Source of the DNA: Bacteroidales bacterium
GTDB lineage: Bacteria > Bacteroidota > Bacteroidia > Bacteroidales > UBA1715
DNA length: 64,000 nt
Direction of reading: 5' to 3'
NCBI GenBank assembly: GCA_045599365.1
Contig: JAZRVS010000129.1
Span: 1,684 to 65,683, forward strand
Both the position numbers and the translations under genes were made by a program. Position 1 is the first letter of the stretch; every line of letters begins with the position of its first letter. Positions 62,532 to 64,000 of the stretch are shown here, piece after piece. The notes under the pieces are model-generated. The model made no database searches. It was not told where the DNA came from and saw only the letters and a program-made list of their open reading frames with translations.

Positions 62532-62636
62532 GTTAAAAAAGAAAGAGAAAAGGATGAAAACATCTCGGAACTTGGTAAGTGTTAAAAAAAGAAAGAGAAA
62601 AGGATGAAAACATCTCGGAACTTGGTAAGTGTTAAA
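62532..62636 (+). repeat. tandem duplication 49 + 50 bp, plus a 6-bp third start
   Basis: The unit gttaaaaaa(a)gaaagagaaaaggatgaaaacatctcggaacttggtaagt occurs at 62532-62580 and 62581-62630. The copies differ by one A. Confidence 0.95.
62554..62607 (+). CDS. uORF1 (17 aa) created by repeat copy 1
   Basis: AAAAGG then ATG. MKTSRNLVSVKKRKRKG. Its stop TGA overlaps the ATG of uORF2 (ATGA). Confidence 0.35.
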   Translation: MKTSRNLVSVKKRKRKG

Positions 62637-62693
62637 CCAGCAAGTAACAAAGAACTTGAACTAATAGAAAAAAGAAAGGGAAATAAGTTATGA
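62604..62693 (+). CDS. uORF2 (29 aa) created by repeat copy 2
   Basis: MKTSRNLVSVKPASNKELELIEKRKGNKL. Its stop overlaps the methyltransferase ATG (ATGA at 62690-62693). Confidence 0.4.
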   Translation: MKTSRNLVSVKPASNKELELIEKRKGNKL

Positions 62694-63484
62694 CATTAGA
62701 AATTATAGAATATATCAGAGAACAGGGAGGCAATCTCCCTGTTCAGGAAGCCAACTCACAATTATATAACGGAGATTGCTTTGAAATTATGGAGGAAATG
62801 ATACAAAAAGGCGTTAAAGTTGACGCAATTATAACATCACCTCCATATAATATGAATTTACGTGTCAGAAAAGGAAAATATGTGAGTCGCTGTGGATATA
62901 AAGAATCCGTAAATGAATTCTCAACAAAATACAAAAACTTTTCAGACGATTTGCCAATGGACAAATACTTTGAGCAACAAAAAGAATTTTTAACAAAAGC
63001 ATTAACATTGTCGGACATTGTTTTTTATAATATTCAAATGATTACTGGAAACAAACCAGCATTGTTCAAACTTCTCGGAGAATTTTCAGACAAAATTAAA
63101 GAAGTAATTATATGGAACAAAGGCTATGCTCAACCAGCTATGATGTCTAAAATGTTGAATTCTCAATTTGAATTTATTTTTGTACTCCAGAATAGCAAAC
63201 CTTATAACAGAGCCTTTGATGTTTGCAATTTTGCTCGTGGAACTGAAACAAATGTGTGGGATATAAAAAGAGAACGAAACACAAAACACAAAGCCTCTTT
63301 TCCAGTTGAGCTAGTTGAACGTATTTTGAGAAATTTTACAACAGAAAATTCAACTGTGCTTGACCCATTTATGGGCTCTGGAACAACAGGTGTCGCTTGC
63401 AAGAATTTGAATCGTAATTTTATCGGAATAGAATTGGATAAAGAATATTATCAAATAGCTAAAAAGAGCATTGAGATGAGATGA
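62690..63484 (+). CDS. beta-class DNA methyltransferase (SPPY type, N4-cytosine or N6-adenine)
   Basis: Motif IV IITSPPY, motif I LDPFMGSGTTG. The C-terminal ~40 aa nearly match those of ORF 16117. Confidence 0.9.
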   Translation: MTLEIIEYIREQGGNLPVQEANSQLYNGDCFEIMEEMIQKGVKVDAIITSPPYNMNLRVRKGKYVSRCGYKESVNEFSTKYKNFSDDLPMDKYFEQQKEFLTKALTLSDIVFYNIQMITGNKPALFKLLGEFSDKIKEVIIWNKGYAQPAMMSKMLNSQFEFIFVLQNSKPYNRAFDVCNFARGTETNVWDIKRERNTKHKASFPVELVERILRNFTTENSTVLDPFMGSGTTGVACKNLNRNFIGIELDKEYYQIAKKSIEMR

Positions 63485-63487
63485 GTG

Positions 63488-63595
63488 CTTGGAGCTGGTG
63501 TTGGTGGCAAGTGGTGAGTGCCCAGCTCAAAATAAGCTGCTCCAAGTAGTAAGTGCCAAGTGCCCAGCTCCAAGTTCCCATACGCTTGGAGCTGG
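63488..63595. repeat. five copies of the 11-mer CTTGGAGC(T/A)G(G/C) in alternating orientation
   Basis: Forward copies at 63488-63498 and 63585-63595. Reverse copies at 63522-63528 (partial), 63536-63546 and 63564-63574. The region is locally GC-rich. Confidence 0.85.
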
Positions 63596-63690
63596 CACAC
63601 TTGAAAATCAAAAATTGGGTCGGTTGGTGTGAGGGAGTGGGTTGGGAAGTTATCCTGTTTTTTCGGTATATTTTAGGGATGGGCTTTTTT

Positions 63691-63730
63691 TAACTAGGTG
63701 CACAACCTAGTTATTTTTTTTTATTTTTTA
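63691..63730 (+). terminator. rho-independent terminator
   Basis: TAACTAGGT-gcaca-ACCTAGTTA hairpin followed by a long T-rich tract. Confidence 0.75.
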
Positions 63731-63741
63731 TAAAAAACATC

Positions 63742-63770
63742 TTGACAATTTAAAAAAAAAGTGATATAGT
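63742..63770 (+). promoter_or_regulatory. sigma70-type promoter
   Basis: TTGACA 63742-63747, 17 nt, TGaTATAGT 63762-63770. Confidence 0.65.
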
Positions 63771-63810
63771 TAATATATCAAAAGGCAATAAAGCCTTTTG
63801 ATATATTAAC
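63769..63810. promoter_or_regulatory. 18-bp perfect palindrome (operator or leader hairpin)
   Basis: GTTAATATATCAAAAGGC-aataaa-GCCTTTTGATATATTAAC. It begins inside the -10 hexamer. Confidence 0.7.
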
Positions 63811-63837
63811 AAAAAAAAAAAAAAAAAAAAAAAAAAA
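63811..63837 (+). repeat. A27 homopolymer
   Basis: 27 consecutive A counted in the sequence, between the palindrome and the AAGGAG RBS. Confidence 0.95.
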
Positions 63838-63853
63838 CATTAAGGAGTCCAAC

Positions 63854-64000
63854 ATGACTATATACTTTATAAATAAAGAAACCATTGCAAAAATTGAAAA
63901 AACAACAAAAACCACAAGTTTTAATGCGCTTGTAACCTATGCGCTAGACTCTAAAAAAAGACTTGCTGACAACAAAGATTTTAACAACGATTTTAAAAAA
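63854..64000 (+). CDS. hypothetical protein, 3'-truncated by the window end
   Basis: AAGGAG RBS at 63842-63847, ATG at 63854. Open to the last base (MTIYFINKETIAKIEKTTKTTSFNALVTYALDSKKRLADNKDFNNDFKK...). Confidence 0.55.
   Translation, partial: MTIYFINKETIAKIEKTTKTTSFNALVTYALDSKKRLADNKDFNNDFKK

Noticed and set aside
62532-62636. Direct repeats considered as a mini-CRISPR array or replication iterons.
   Set aside because: There are only two contiguous copies and no spacers, so it is not CRISPR-like. An iteron role cannot be excluded, but the repeats carry RBS and ATG signals that are phased precisely into the MTase start. It is therefore reported as a uORF relay.
63811-63837. A27 tract plus the preceding palindrome read as a rho-independent terminator.
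   Set aside because: On the + strand the hairpin is followed by A residues, not U. On the - strand the T-run precedes the hairpin. The geometry is wrong for intrinsic termination in either direction.

Overview
AT-rich (about one-third G+C by eye), gene-dense window that reads as most of a tailed dsDNA phage genome with lambda-like siphovirus tail-tip synteny. All functional calls come from reading motifs in the supplied translations and DNA by eye. No database or HMM search was run.

Layout:
(i) The + strand early and DNA-metabolism arm runs from about 58.9 kb to the window end and from about 0.2 kb to 23.5 kb. It holds many small ORFs behind TTGACA-17-TGnTAnAAT promoters. Recognisable products are an HNH nuclease, a GapR/DUF2312-like protein, an SF2 helicase, a FEN-type 5'-3' exonuclease, adjacent HD and MazG-like hydrolases, two beta-class DNA methyltransferases (DPPY and SPPY), a compact family-B-like DNA polymerase, a RecU-like nuclease, thioredoxin next to a ferredoxin:thioredoxin-reductase-like Cys-cluster protein, SbcD/SbcC-like proteins, and a prim-pol/SF3 primase-helicase.
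(ii) The - strand late arm runs from 58.9 kb down to 32.9 kb. It holds a GpA-type large terminase, portal, scaffold, DUF2190-like protein, major capsid, connectors, major tail, G/G-T chaperone, tape measure, gpM/gpL/split gpK/gpI/gpJ-like tip proteins, fibres and lysis-like genes.
(iii) There are two extra fibre modules: a + strand cassette at 26.0-32.2 kb and a - strand pair at 23.5-25.9 kb.

I recognised no integrase, tRNA, rRNA, CRISPR array or reverse transcriptase.

The most unusual signals are non-coding or regulatory:
- a hairpin-dense two-promoter island before the polymerase operon (17.06-17.47 kb);
- a family of stem-loops built on TTGGAGC...GCTCCAA;
- a GC-rich island with five copies of an 11-mer plus a G-run motif (63.49-63.66 kb);
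- a promoter followed by an 18-bp perfect palindrome and an A27 tract (63.74-63.85 kb);
- a 49/50-bp tandem duplication that creates an ATGA-coupled uORF relay into a methyltransferase (62.53-62.69 kb);
- a 31-bp element repeated upstream of the scaffold and major-tail genes, next to an antisense RHH-like mini-gene.
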